Shown: positions 9,281 to 19,693, numbered from the stretch's first letter. The stretch: DNA of 21,166 bases from Balamuthia mandrillaris (GCA_031835245.2 JAVKOQ020000072.1:186001-207166), one strand, 5' to 3'. The notes: generated by a model from the sequence alone, not told the origin. Translations and numbers: made by a program.

Positions 9281-12200
9281 CTAAGCGCTGCCTAGCCTTT
9301 CCAACTTGAGAGAGACGAGATACTGAAGGAGGATGTTGCGCAGGGCGTTGAGAGGAACAGGCTTAGTGATATAGCTGGACATACCGGCTTCAATAGACAT
9401 TCGTTCCTGCTCCTCGGGCGTGCTGGCCGATACCGCGATAAGCGGTAGCAAGGCGCTGTTGCGCGGCGGCTCTCCTCCTGCAAAAAGCACCTTCCCGTTA
9501 TATTGCTCTTCTTCATCACGTTGAAGATAGGCTTTTTCCATTTCTCGTATCTTCTGTGCGGCTGTAATGCCATCCATAACTGGCATCATAATATCCAAGA
9601 AGACGAGGTCAAACGCATCTGCGGTTCGTTGCTTCTCGCCGTCGTTCTGTGGCGTAAAGTTTCGCTTTTGTAGCAGGTTGACTGCCTCCTGCCCATCCGC
9701 TGCCATCTCCACGATCATGCTCGGCACTATCCGTTGCAGCATTTTCTTGAGAACAATACGGTTCAGAGCTAGGTCGTCCACCACCAACGCTCGCACCACC
9801 GTCGCTGTCTCTTTCGTTGCCGGTGATGAAGGTGGAGGAGCTTCTGTTGATGATGATGGTGTCGGCGTTGTCGGTCCTGGCGCTGTGGGCTCTTTGTTCG
9901 ATGTGGGAACAGGCAGTTGGGAAGATGTTATAGGAGGCGAGTCGACATCGGGTTTTGAAGGTTGGGGAGGAATTTTGGTCAATCTTTCAAACAATCGTTG
10001 GAACTGCATTACAAGAGGTATGATTAGTTTCCAGCATTGATCTGTCAAGTGGCAGTGAAACCAAGGAAGGAAATACGTTGGATAGAACAACAGGCTTGCT
10101 CAGGTGCTCCCAGCCTTGGCGTTGGATCTTCTGCATTTCAGATGGGAGTGATAATGTCCTCAGGATAATTACCTTCCATGCCTTGGAAAACCGAAGTTCT
10201 TCCTTCAGCCAACTCTCGTAATGCGGGAGATGGTCTCCATCAACCATGATCAGTACTTGCAGGTCGTTGTTGCTATTGTGTCTTGCGGAAGAAACCACCG
10301 CGGGAAGGTCCTTTAGCAGGATGCTCCTGGCAATCTCAAAGCTTTCGGCTTCCCAAATGTATTTGCATCCCCATCTTTCCACCTTTAGTTCAAAAAGAAA
10401 AAAACATATTAAAAGAGGTAGAGGGAGGGGAAAGAGACAGAAGAGAAAGCAGAGAACAAAGAAGATAAACAAGGACATTTACCATAGCTGCCAAAGAATG
10501 GCGTGTAACTTCGGTGGGGTCCACCAAAACAATTTGCAACGAGGACAAGTCGAGTTCGTGATTAACCTTTCCGTCCCACGAATCACGGCGAAGTTCTGGG
10601 ATCATCGCCTCCTCGTCTTGCTCAAAGTCGTCATCATTCGCATCGCTCAACTCTTCTTCGGTGGTTTGATCCATAATAGCGTTGAACTCGCCGGAACGAG
10701 ATGAGTCATCTGTGTCTAGCTCCGGTTCCGTTGGGGTGGTGGCTAGAGAGATCTTTTCCTCAGGCCTAAGCAGGAAAGTAATGTCGACGGTAAACGTAGA
10801 GCCACGATTTGGTTGCGTGTCCACCTTGATGTTACCGCCCATGTTTTGCACAATCTTGAGGGCGATAGGCAAGCCCAGCCCCGTCCCTCCGTATTCCCGG
10901 GTAGCGGAACCCGCTTCGCCCTCGAGGGAAGAAAAAGGGCTGAAGATCCGCTCCTTTTGCTCTGGGGTGATACCAACGCCGGAGTCCTCCACCGAAAACA
11001 GGATACGTGCCCTGTTGTTATCTTTTGATGGGATCTCACCACTGAGATCGAGGCTGGCCCCAAGAGCAATGTAGCCAGTCTTTGTGAATTTGATTGCGTT
11101 GCGGCCTAAAGTGAGTAGCACGGTCTGTAGCTTTGCTTTGTCGCCGATGATAGTGGGTGGCAGTTTAGGGTCGGGCCTCACTATGAGGCCCAAACCCTTT
11201 TCCACCGCCAAAGGAGTCAACAGCGAGACCACGCCCTCCAATAATTTCACCACGTTGAGTTTGCCTTCTTTTAGTTTGATTTGTCCTTTATCCATCCGAG
11301 TATAATTCAACATTTGGTTGACGGTGTAGAGGAGGTTGTTGCTGGAGTGCCGGATGGAGAGTACACAGCTTCGCAGCTCGTCATAGTCTTGTGCTGCGTC
11401 AATGGGAGTTGCAGAACCTCTGCGACTGCTTCTGTGACTCCCTCTGCGACTGCTGTCGCGGCTGTTCTCCTGAGAAGTACCACTACTATTGGTGGAGGTG
11501 CGCCCAGGTGAGCTCAGGCCCTCCATCAATAGCGACTCGTCCGGTGAACCTCCCGCTGATGCGGAAGAAAGGATCAAATCGGTTAGAGCACGTATGGCAT
11601 GGAGAGGCGTTTTTAGCTCGTGGCTGGTGTTGGCCAGCAGTTGACTCTTGATATGAGACAAGCGTTCCGCCTCTTCTTTGGCTTTTTTGAGCTCTTTCTC
11701 CACCCGCAGTCTCTCCTCGTTCGTGCGGAAGGACTCTATCATGCCACCAAATGTGGCAAGGAAGGGTTGCAGGAAGGCCACGTCATCCTTTGTATAGCCT
11801 GTCTCTTTGTTGGAGAGCGCACATATACCGATTACCTTGCCTGCTCTGATGATTGGTAGGCCTAGAAATCTCACCAACGGCGGATGTCCTGTCATTATCG
11901 ATGTTAAACAACCAGAAGAGAAAGAAGAGAACAAGGAGAATGGGAGTACCCTTAGGACGGCCGCACGCTCCGAAGGTATTCGTGTCGTTTGCAATGACAA
12001 CCTCTCCTTTGAGCACAGGTCCATAGAGAGAGTCCATGCGATAAATGCGCAAACCAGTTTGAAAGTCCCGGTTGAACCAATCCCTTGTCACGTCGTTCCA
12101 TGCCACATTGGTGCAAGCCCAAGTGGACGCAAACAGTCTGCCATCATCTGTTACGTTAACCTCTCCAATAAAGCCGTAGTCGCTCTGCGTCAAGTTCAAC

Positions 12201-13345
12201 AGCTCGTTCAACAGGTGCATAAACAAATCATATCGTGTTGTGAAATCTCCCACCTACGTTCACCGTTGCGAAGTAAGAACAGAGAGGCAGTGGGATAACA
12301 CACGCGTTTGGCTTGCAAAAGGTCATTGTAAAGCACTTACCATAAAATTGGTCTGAACGGCGGTGATGGCATTAAGGAGACGGGTCTGCCTCTGCATCAA
12401 TGACAGCTGCGACAACTTTTTGGCCGCCCTCTTGCGGAGTAGATAGAGGGACTGCAACTGTCCCAGAGCTCCAGCCACCTCCTCCACAAGCAGCACGTCC
12501 TCTGAGGAGTAGGCAGTAAGCGGCTCCGTACCCCATAAGCATATAACGCCTAACACTTTCTGCCTGCCATCTTCATCGTCCTCGTCGTTCTCCGTGTTTT
12601 GTTCCTCGTCCTCCGACCAAGGGGCGGAGAAGAAGGGGGAGGCAGGCAAGCTTGCCATATTTTGGGCCTCGAATTGTTGTTGAAGAGAGCGAGCGCCTTC
12701 CTTGTCCATGAAGAAAGGCAGTCCAATAAAGGCTGGTATGCGCGCCGACTGTTGTTGCTGGGTTTGTGCCGGTCTGACGATGGCCCGTTGGGCCAGTATA
12801 ACCTGAAGGGCTTCCTTCTCCTCCGCCGTCAAGACCTCCAGCGGCACCATCGAGTCATTTCTTCCCAACAAGGTGGGTAGGGTCTTGTCCTCTCCTTCCT
12901 CTTCTCCGTTGCACTTGAGCTCCTGCTCCATCATATCACCCTGCTGTTGTTGCTGTTGAAGACGCACTCCCCTGTCGAAGCGGTTAAACTCGGGGCTGAA
13001 ACAAAAGCGAACGGCCGGGGCACCGTGGTCGTTGCTACCGTCGTGGTAGTAGGCGATCATTCCCTTGCGGCTGACAGTGAGCCCCTGCACAACCTTCAAC
13101 AGCTCCTGGTGCGCGCTCTGGACAAACTGTTGGCCGCTTTGCACGCGCTGAACAGCCGCCCTCAACTCCGCTTGGAGCTTCTCCGTCAGTTGTTTCCGTG
13201 TGGGCTGGCGTTGCAGAGGAGGATGATGGGGACACTTGGCAGTTTTTTCCTCTTCGTTTGTTTTGTTGAGAGCCGCAGGAGCAGAGTCACCATAACCGCA
13301 GCCACCGTTGTGTTGGCCATGGGAGGGGGCTGGTGTGGCTTTCAT
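9281..13345 (-). CDS. Soluble hybrid sensor histidine kinase: degenerate GAF, GAF, HisKA, HATPase_c, degenerate receiver, receiver (~1247 aa)
   Basis: Predicted exons (-): 12341-13345, 11950-12253, 10483-11888, 10077-10382, 9281-10003. Kinase boxes: H-box LANTSHELKTPL, N-box LGRNAIKFT, G1 VEDSGVGI, F-box IFSPFS, G2 GGTGLGLPI. Receiver: ALVVDD...FDLVFLDIMMPVMDG...LIAVSA...YITKPV. GAF: LLNLTQSDYGFIGEV...GEVVIAND...GHPPLVRFLGLPI...IGICALSN. No obvious transmembrane helix. Confidence 0.93.
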
Positions 13346-13882
13346 GGCTGTCCTCTCCTCCTTGTCACTAAAACGTATTGCTAACAATGGTAATCCAGTT
13401 AACCGGTTAGGGTTTGACCAGCAGCTCCCTATGGTACGTTCCTGTCAGGAAGAAAAGGAAAAAATGAAAGAGAGTGCCGCAGCAGAACGACCTCTATCTC
13501 CCTCTCTGAGTGTTACTTGCCCCTTTTTTCTTATTTTCCAGCTACCGGCCGGTGAGTATAGGCGGAAGTCATTCCCCACTGCGATAGCGGAGGCAGGAGG
13601 GGAGGGAGGTTGAGATGAGGTTTTGAAAGCATCTGAGCTCCGCACCTTTTTTAGCCAAGTTAGCACTTTTTGTTTTGGGTTTTCCAGGGTGCCTTTTCAG
13701 GTGCTCCGGTCGTTGACATCATCTGACTCGGATAATATAGCACGAAAATTCGTGGAATTGCATGGCAAAATGCGGCTTATTGACGTTTTTCGGGGAGGGA
13801 GATCATCCTTGGAATTTTCGTGTCGTCATGATGAGTTAGTTCCCCGAAAAGAAAGAAACGCGACCCAAACCCCACAAGCACC
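13346..13882. promoter_or_regulatory. Divergent promoter region between the histidine kinase and TLP genes, containing the palindrome CACGAA-AA-TTCGTG
   Basis: Head-to-head genes about 540 bp apart. CACGAAAATTCGTG at 13741-13754 and an inverted CACGAAAATT at 13813-13822. Confidence 0.5.
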
Positions 13883-16184
13883 ATGGAGGTTCGGCGCTTT
13901 ACTGCCGCTGCTTTACTGACGCAACGAGGTGCAAGCCTCTTTCTTGTCCGAAAGAGGTCGCCATCCTGTGCCTTCTATTCGACAAGGCGAACGATGACTA
14001 CAACCGCTGCACAAACCGCCGCTTCAAACAGTGAGTTTCAACGCTAATCTTTGTTTGTTTGGCCCTCTCAGCCCACTGAGACGTCTTTCTTGTCTTCTTT
14101 CCTCGAAGAAGACAAACAGTACCGAGGAAAGCAGGGTGTCTTGGCTGCTCATATGAAGGAGATGGAGCAAACTACCGTTCAGTACTTGCGGGCCGATCAG
14201 TGAGTACCTCTCCTTCCCTCGCTCTTCATTGCTGCTAAGTCGACAGCACACTTGCACGCTCATGCGCATAGACCTGTCATCATTCGTTTGGATGGTCACC
14301 GCTTCAGCATCTTTGCCAAGCACTGGAAAAAGCCTTTCGATGAACGAAGTAACATTTTCATTTCTCTGCTTCTCCCCCTCTGCTTCGCTGCTGCTCTCTT
14401 CTCTCCTCTCTCCTCTCTCCCCTCTCCTCTCCTCTCCTCTCTCCTCTCTCCTCTCCCCTCTCCCCTCTCCCTCTCTCCTCTCTCCTCTCTCCTCTCCTCT
14501 TCTCTCTCTTCTCTCCTCTCTCCTCCCAATCTGTCGGGTTGTGGTCACATGAGGGTCGCATGTGTGCTTGCATGGCGACGAAACAACCTAACGCATTTCT
14601 CCGTTTCATGGGAAGGAACAAGGTGTATCGCCTCTACAACTTGACTTAGGCCTCTGATGAGGGGGAGAGAGAGAGAGAGAGGAGAGACGGGTTGTAGACA
14701 AGTTGGGATGGCGGCTCGAGCGGAGCATTTGCGCATATGGCGCGTCCTACAACTCACCAACCACCATTCTTATTATTGCTGTTGCCGTACAGTAAGCAGA
14801 GCTATGGTGCGGACGGCTGTGGATGTGGCGGAAGCGTTCCATGCGAGGGCTGCCTACACATTCAGCGACGAGATTTCCCTGATACTGGCCGCCAATCAGG
14901 ACATTCACAACAAGGATCCCAACAACCCGCTCAACCCGTTCATTTTTGGTGGCAAAGTGCCCAAGATCATTACCTTGGCCGCAGGTGTGACGTTCTTTCT
15001 CCTCTCTCTTCTTTATTTATCGTGCCTCTCGCTCGTTTCTTCCTCTCACCGTTAACTGATGGCTGTATTTACAACTTGGAGGGTAGGCCTTGCCTCGACT
15101 CGGTTTAACTGGCACATTGCCAATGAACAATTTGGCAGCTGCGAACAGGAGCAAAAGGTGTTTCTTCTTTCTTAGCATTTTGTAAGCCATTGAATCGGAA
15201 CTTATCCTGGTTTTTTTTTTCCCGTGATGGTTCGGTTGAACAGAGACATCAAAGAGCAACAGAGGGCTCTGCTCATTTCGATGCACGCGCATTCAACCTT
15301 CCGGACTATGAAACGTGTCTCGTACGCTCTCTCTTTCCTATTTTTTTTGTCCCTGCGTTCTCAGCACCACTGCTCTAATTCTCGGTTCTTGTTCGTTGAA
15401 CCGCTGCAGGATAATATTATATGGCGAGGACTGGATTGTCTCAGAAATAGTAAAACTGGTCTTGCTCGTTGCTATTTTTCAGCTAAGCAGTTGCATGACC
15501 GTTCCAGCGCGGAAATGGTGGCCATGCTGAAGCAAGAGCACGGCGTCGATTGGTATGTAAATGGAGAAAAAACGAAAGAGACTCATCTTTTTAGATTTGT
15601 TACGGAGAGTTTTTGCTTTTACCAAATATACGCCCTAACTCCGCTCTCTCCTCTCTCCTCTTCATACCATTCTTGATCGCACATCAATAGGAACACCTAT
15701 CCAGACCACTTCAAGACGGGATTACTCATCAAAAAGAAAGCTGTGCTAAAGGAGATGATTCATCCTATAACGAGTAACCTATCACCTCATTTTATTTTTT
15801 TTTTTTACTTGAGCGACCAGAATGTTGTCTCACAAACAAAAACCTCAAACCTATGCAAACCCCAAAGACGCGCCCATTACCGTCACCAGGAAAAACTTCT
15901 TTTGCATTGGATGGGAGAATGTGCGACGCCTCTCTCGTAATGATGCCACCACCCTCCTCCTCACGCCGCTTTTACAAGAAGACAACCAGCATCCTATCAA
16001 CCAACACCAAGAACATCACACAAACGCAACTCAATATGCAGTTGATGAAGACAACGATGATGAGGAAGAGGAGGAGGAAAGCAACAAAAAGCAGGCAAAT
16101 GGGGTGGTGTACACGAACCGGTCTCGTTCCTTGTCCCAAGTTCTTCCGCTCTTCACCCCTATTGATTACACACCACATCGCTAA
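13883..16184 (+). CDS. THG1: Thg1-like protein (TLP; tRNAHis guanylyltransferase family 3'-5' RNA polymerase) with predicted mitochondrial presequence (~399 aa)
   Basis: Predicted exons (+): 13883-14030, 14109-14199, 14272-14348, 14793-14984, 15087-15157, 15244-15321, 15410-15552, 15691-15773, 15868-16184 (1200 nt, one frame). Family motifs: LAAHMKEME, PVIIRLDGHRFS, KPFDER, YTFSDEISL, FGGKVPKI, HFDARAF, WRGLDCLRNS, GVDWNTYPDHFKTG. The catalytic carboxylates in RLDG and SDE are present. Confidence 0.92.
14394..14527. repeat. CT-rich polypyrimidine tract in TLP intron 3
   Basis: About 130 nt of only C/T (ctctcctctc...) within predicted intron 14349-14792. Confidence 0.95.
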
Positions 16185-16294
16185 CCCCCACTACAAGAGA
16201 AAACAATGTTTGAAACTGTGGTTTGTTCGTGCTTTTATAGTAAAATTATAAGATGGAGAGTTCAAATTTTTGAGAAAAAAAAAGACGCGGATGT

Positions 16295-19200
16295 TTAGTC
16301 AACAGGGTCGTCCTCCGCATCGGCACCGTACTCCCAAAGGCCACGCTGTGTGAAGGAGAAGAAAAGAACAGGTAAGCATACATTTTTGCTACTTAAAAAA
16401 AAAAGCATAGAAGGAAAAGGGGACAGAAAATGCGTACATGGTTCTTATGAGCATCAGCTTCTTCGGCACGGAGATGAGAAACAATTTCTCTATTGGCTCC
16501 ACGGGGAAGGCGCTTCTCAACACGGGCAAGGCCAGCTTTAACCAGCTCACCGTTGACAAAGATCTGTTGTTGGGGGGTCTCACCAGGCGCCAAGAGGCTA
16601 AGGTAGAGGGTATTGCTGTCCTTATACTCTATGGTGGCGATGATAGTCTTACCCCAGACGAGGTCCCTGAAAGTGTGCGCGGCCTCCTCTCCCCATTCTT
16701 TGTCGAGGCCTCTGGGCTCGATGAAGGCGAGGCGAGCGGGCTGGGCTTGCCACTTAAGGGCCTTGAGGCCGAGCTCGGCAGGCAGTGTTCGGATATCCTC
16801 CACGGGCACAACGTCCGTGTTGCCATAGTCGCCAAAGAGGACGGTGCACTCAGCGGGGGAAACGTTCAGCACCTTGGCACGGTACCATGTGTTGTCCTCT
16901 GCAAACTTTGCGAGCACCACCTCCTCAGGGGCTTTGGGTTTGTAGGCGGGCTTGTCATCGCAGCCCAGAGCGGCGATCTGCTCCATCAACTGCTTGAGCT
17001 TGCCGTTCTCCTCGCTGGCAAGCTGCACGTAGAAAGAGCCGCCGTCCAACACTTCCGTGACGTGGACGACTTCCTTGCGGGGTTGGGAGGCGGCTACTAC
17101 CTCCTCCTTTCTCTTTTGCCTTTCGGCAGCTTCTTTGACGGGGTCAAAGTCCTTCCAAACGCCTTTCCTCTCAGCCTTGGCCTTAGCCTCAGCTGCCTCG
17201 TATTCATCGGCGTAGAGAGTGGGGCGGTTGCACTGGGCCAGACCTTGCTCCAACAGGAGGACAGAGAGGCTCTTGCCCTTGCGCCAGAGGTAACCCTTGA
17301 AGGCACCGTGCTTGTCCTGTCCGTCAATCTGAACCTGAACGTCGTAGTTGAGCACAAAGTCGCGGGTAAAGTCGCGAGCCTCCACAGCGAAAGGAGGAGC
17401 GGGCTTTCCTTCAGCGGGGTTGGGCAGATTTTCGCTGCGGCAGCCAGCAAGGAAGAAAGTAATGAGCAAGTTCTCCTTAGGCAAGCACAGCTTAACCCTG
17501 CTACCAGAGAAGACATATTCCACGATAGCGTCCAGGCGTTCATCTCCCTTCTTGGACAAGGTTTGGTAGATCTGCTTAGCCTTCTTGGGGTTCCTGGAGA
17601 CGTCGTTGAGGTAGTGCTTGGTGAACTTAGAGGAGTCTCCCCAAAGACCCAGCTTCTTTTCGCGGGCGCGCTCCTGAGCCAAGAACAAACTGTCGTAGTA
17701 CTGAGACTTGTCGGCGCTGAATGTTTCGATGACCTTGGCATAGCCGACCTCCACAAGGGCCAGGGCGATATTCTTCCCATCGTGGGTGATGGTGTAGAAA
17801 GGCTTAGCGGGCAACACCTTCTTTTGTAGTGGCCCCCCCTTGCCACCCTTGCCGCTCGCCTCCTTTTCCTTGCCTTTGGTGGAGGGAGCACCACCCTCGC
17901 TGCCGTTGGCAGTAACGGTTTGCTCGGGCTTGACATAGTCCAATGAGACCTGCACTCTCTTTCCCATCAGCCTCTTGCGAACAAACTCCCTGGCCTCCCA
18001 GGCGAAGGCCTCGTCGGGCTTGTCATTCTTGCCCAACCGAGGCACAGATATACTGGAGAGAGTCAAGTTGCGGAGGAGCACTGGCGGGTTGACGTTGAGG
18101 TTCAGGACTGAAATCTGGTTGCCGCTGGTGACTTCCTGGACTTTAGCAATGAAGCTTTGTTGGCTAGCGGTCTGTTGAGCAGCCCTCCTCACGCTGTCAG
18201 AGGACCACATCCTCTTCTTAGCTTCTTGTGCTTTGAGCTGCAGCTGAGCATAGTGCGCAGTCTTGTCCTTGGGAGCACTCCATGGTACAAAGGTTGCCAA
18301 TCCGGCAGACAAAAGGAGCTCTCCAATGCTCTTGCCTTCCCACAAAACCTCTCCATGATAGGTCGAATTGCCGCTCGATGAGGAGGGCTGTCCGTTCTGT
18401 CCGCCTTCCTCCTCCTTCTTGGAGGTCTTTCCTCTCTCAAATGCTGTCAAATTCACTTGGATCTTTCTGTTCAACAAGTGGCGCTCGGTCGTCCATTGCG
18501 CTTCCTTGAAAAAGGGCTCTTCTTTCTGGCCGCGTTTAGAGGTGGGCGCTTGCACACCTCCAACCTTCAAAACGATCTCGCGGAATGAGGGAAGCAACAG
18601 GATGCGGAGCATAGATCCGTTGAATACGTGCTCAACGATTCCTGGAAATTTGTTTCATGTCAGAATTCTCTCAGAAAGAGGGAGGAGGGAAGAGAGAGAG
18701 AACGAACCGGTCAATGTCTTTCCTTTAGAGGATTTGTAGAATTCAACGGCATCAAAGTCAGTGTCGATAGTGGGCAGGGCGTGTTCTTTTTCCTCTTGGG
18801 ATTGTGTCCATTTGCCTTTGCCCAACTCCTTTGCTTTCGTCTCGAGATCAATCAGTTCTTGCACCTCCCTTTTGATTTTATTTGTTGGTCAATACCAGGG
18901 GGAAAAAGATGAGGAGGGAGGGAGGAGGGGGAGGGAGAGGGAGAGGGAGAGAGGGAGAGAGAGAGAGGAGAGAGAGGGAGGGGAGGGAGAGGGGGAGAGG
19001 GAGAGGGAGAGGGAGGGGAGAGGGAGAGAGAGAGAGGAGAGAGGGAGAGAGGGAGAGAGGGAGGGAGAGGGAGAGAGGGAGAGAGGGAGAGAGGGAGAGA
19101 GGGAGAGGAAGAACAAACTTTTTGGGAGTCCTTTCGCGCTTCTTGGTAGACTGGGCATCACCCTCAGTGGTGTTGCTAGAGTCTGCTCCCTTGGGACGAG

Positions 19201-19693
19201 ATACCTCGGCCCAACCCTCCGAGACGATGAGCTGCGCCACGTCGTCGTCGTTGGGAGTCAGCAAGACGGTGCCGTAAGCTCGCTTGTCGGTCTGGGAGTC
19301 AATCTTGTACTTGACGGTTTGGCCGATGAGCAGCTCACGAAGGTACTCCCTGCTTTGCCAAGCAAAAGGCTAGTTTCATGCGTTTGAGGTTAGATTGGAG
19401 AGTGAGTCTAGTGTATTGCCATTTTAAACAAGGAGTTGAACACAGTGGTTTTATTTTAAAAAAAAAAAACAAACCTCTTCCTTGCGAGTGCCCCAGTCGC
19501 CCTTGGCACCGAGCAAAGGAGCCTTGATGGAAGAGATTTTGATTTCTCTCTCCTCGGGTGTGCTCCACACTGCGCTTTGGGACTTCTTGTTGACATAGAT
19601 CTGGATCCTGTCGCCGGAGGGAACGGCCTTGACCACACCGCTTCCAATCTCCACGGGCGCCTTCTCCTTTCTCTCTTGTGGGGGAGCCGACAT
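16295..19693 (-). CDS. SND1: Tudor staphylococcal nuclease (Tudor-SN / SND1 / p100), ~961 aa
   Basis: Predicted exons (-): 19475-19693, 19119-19369, 18708-18868, 16438-18641, 16295-16345. SN repeats: GVVKAVPSGD...EEPFAWQSREYLRELLIG, GIVEHVFNGS...EEPFFKEAQWTTERHLLNR, DEAFAWEAREFVRKRLMGK, AIVEYVFSGSR. Tudor: AKFAEDNTWYRAKV...LFGDYGN. C-terminus RGLWEYG. Confidence 0.96.
18911..19113. repeat. GA-rich polypurine tract in SND1 intron 2
   Basis: About 200 nt of only G/A (gagggagagg...) within predicted intron 18869-19118. Confidence 0.95.

Noticed and set aside
9281..16184. Bacterial contamination or an operon-like island (histidine kinase plus TLP)
   Set aside because: Both genes contain multiple spliceosomal introns and low-complexity insertions like their eukaryotic neighbours.
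16438..17829. 463-aa plus-strand ORF antisense to SND1
   Set aside because: Antisense shadow of a codon-biased gene; L/V/G-rich with no recognisable motifs.
18761..19387. ER/EG-rich and LS/SP-rich ORFs (also at 7750-8529, 14024-14644 and 4491-4724)
   Set aside because: Artefacts of GA/CT tracts that lack stop codons; these tracts lie in introns or UTRs.
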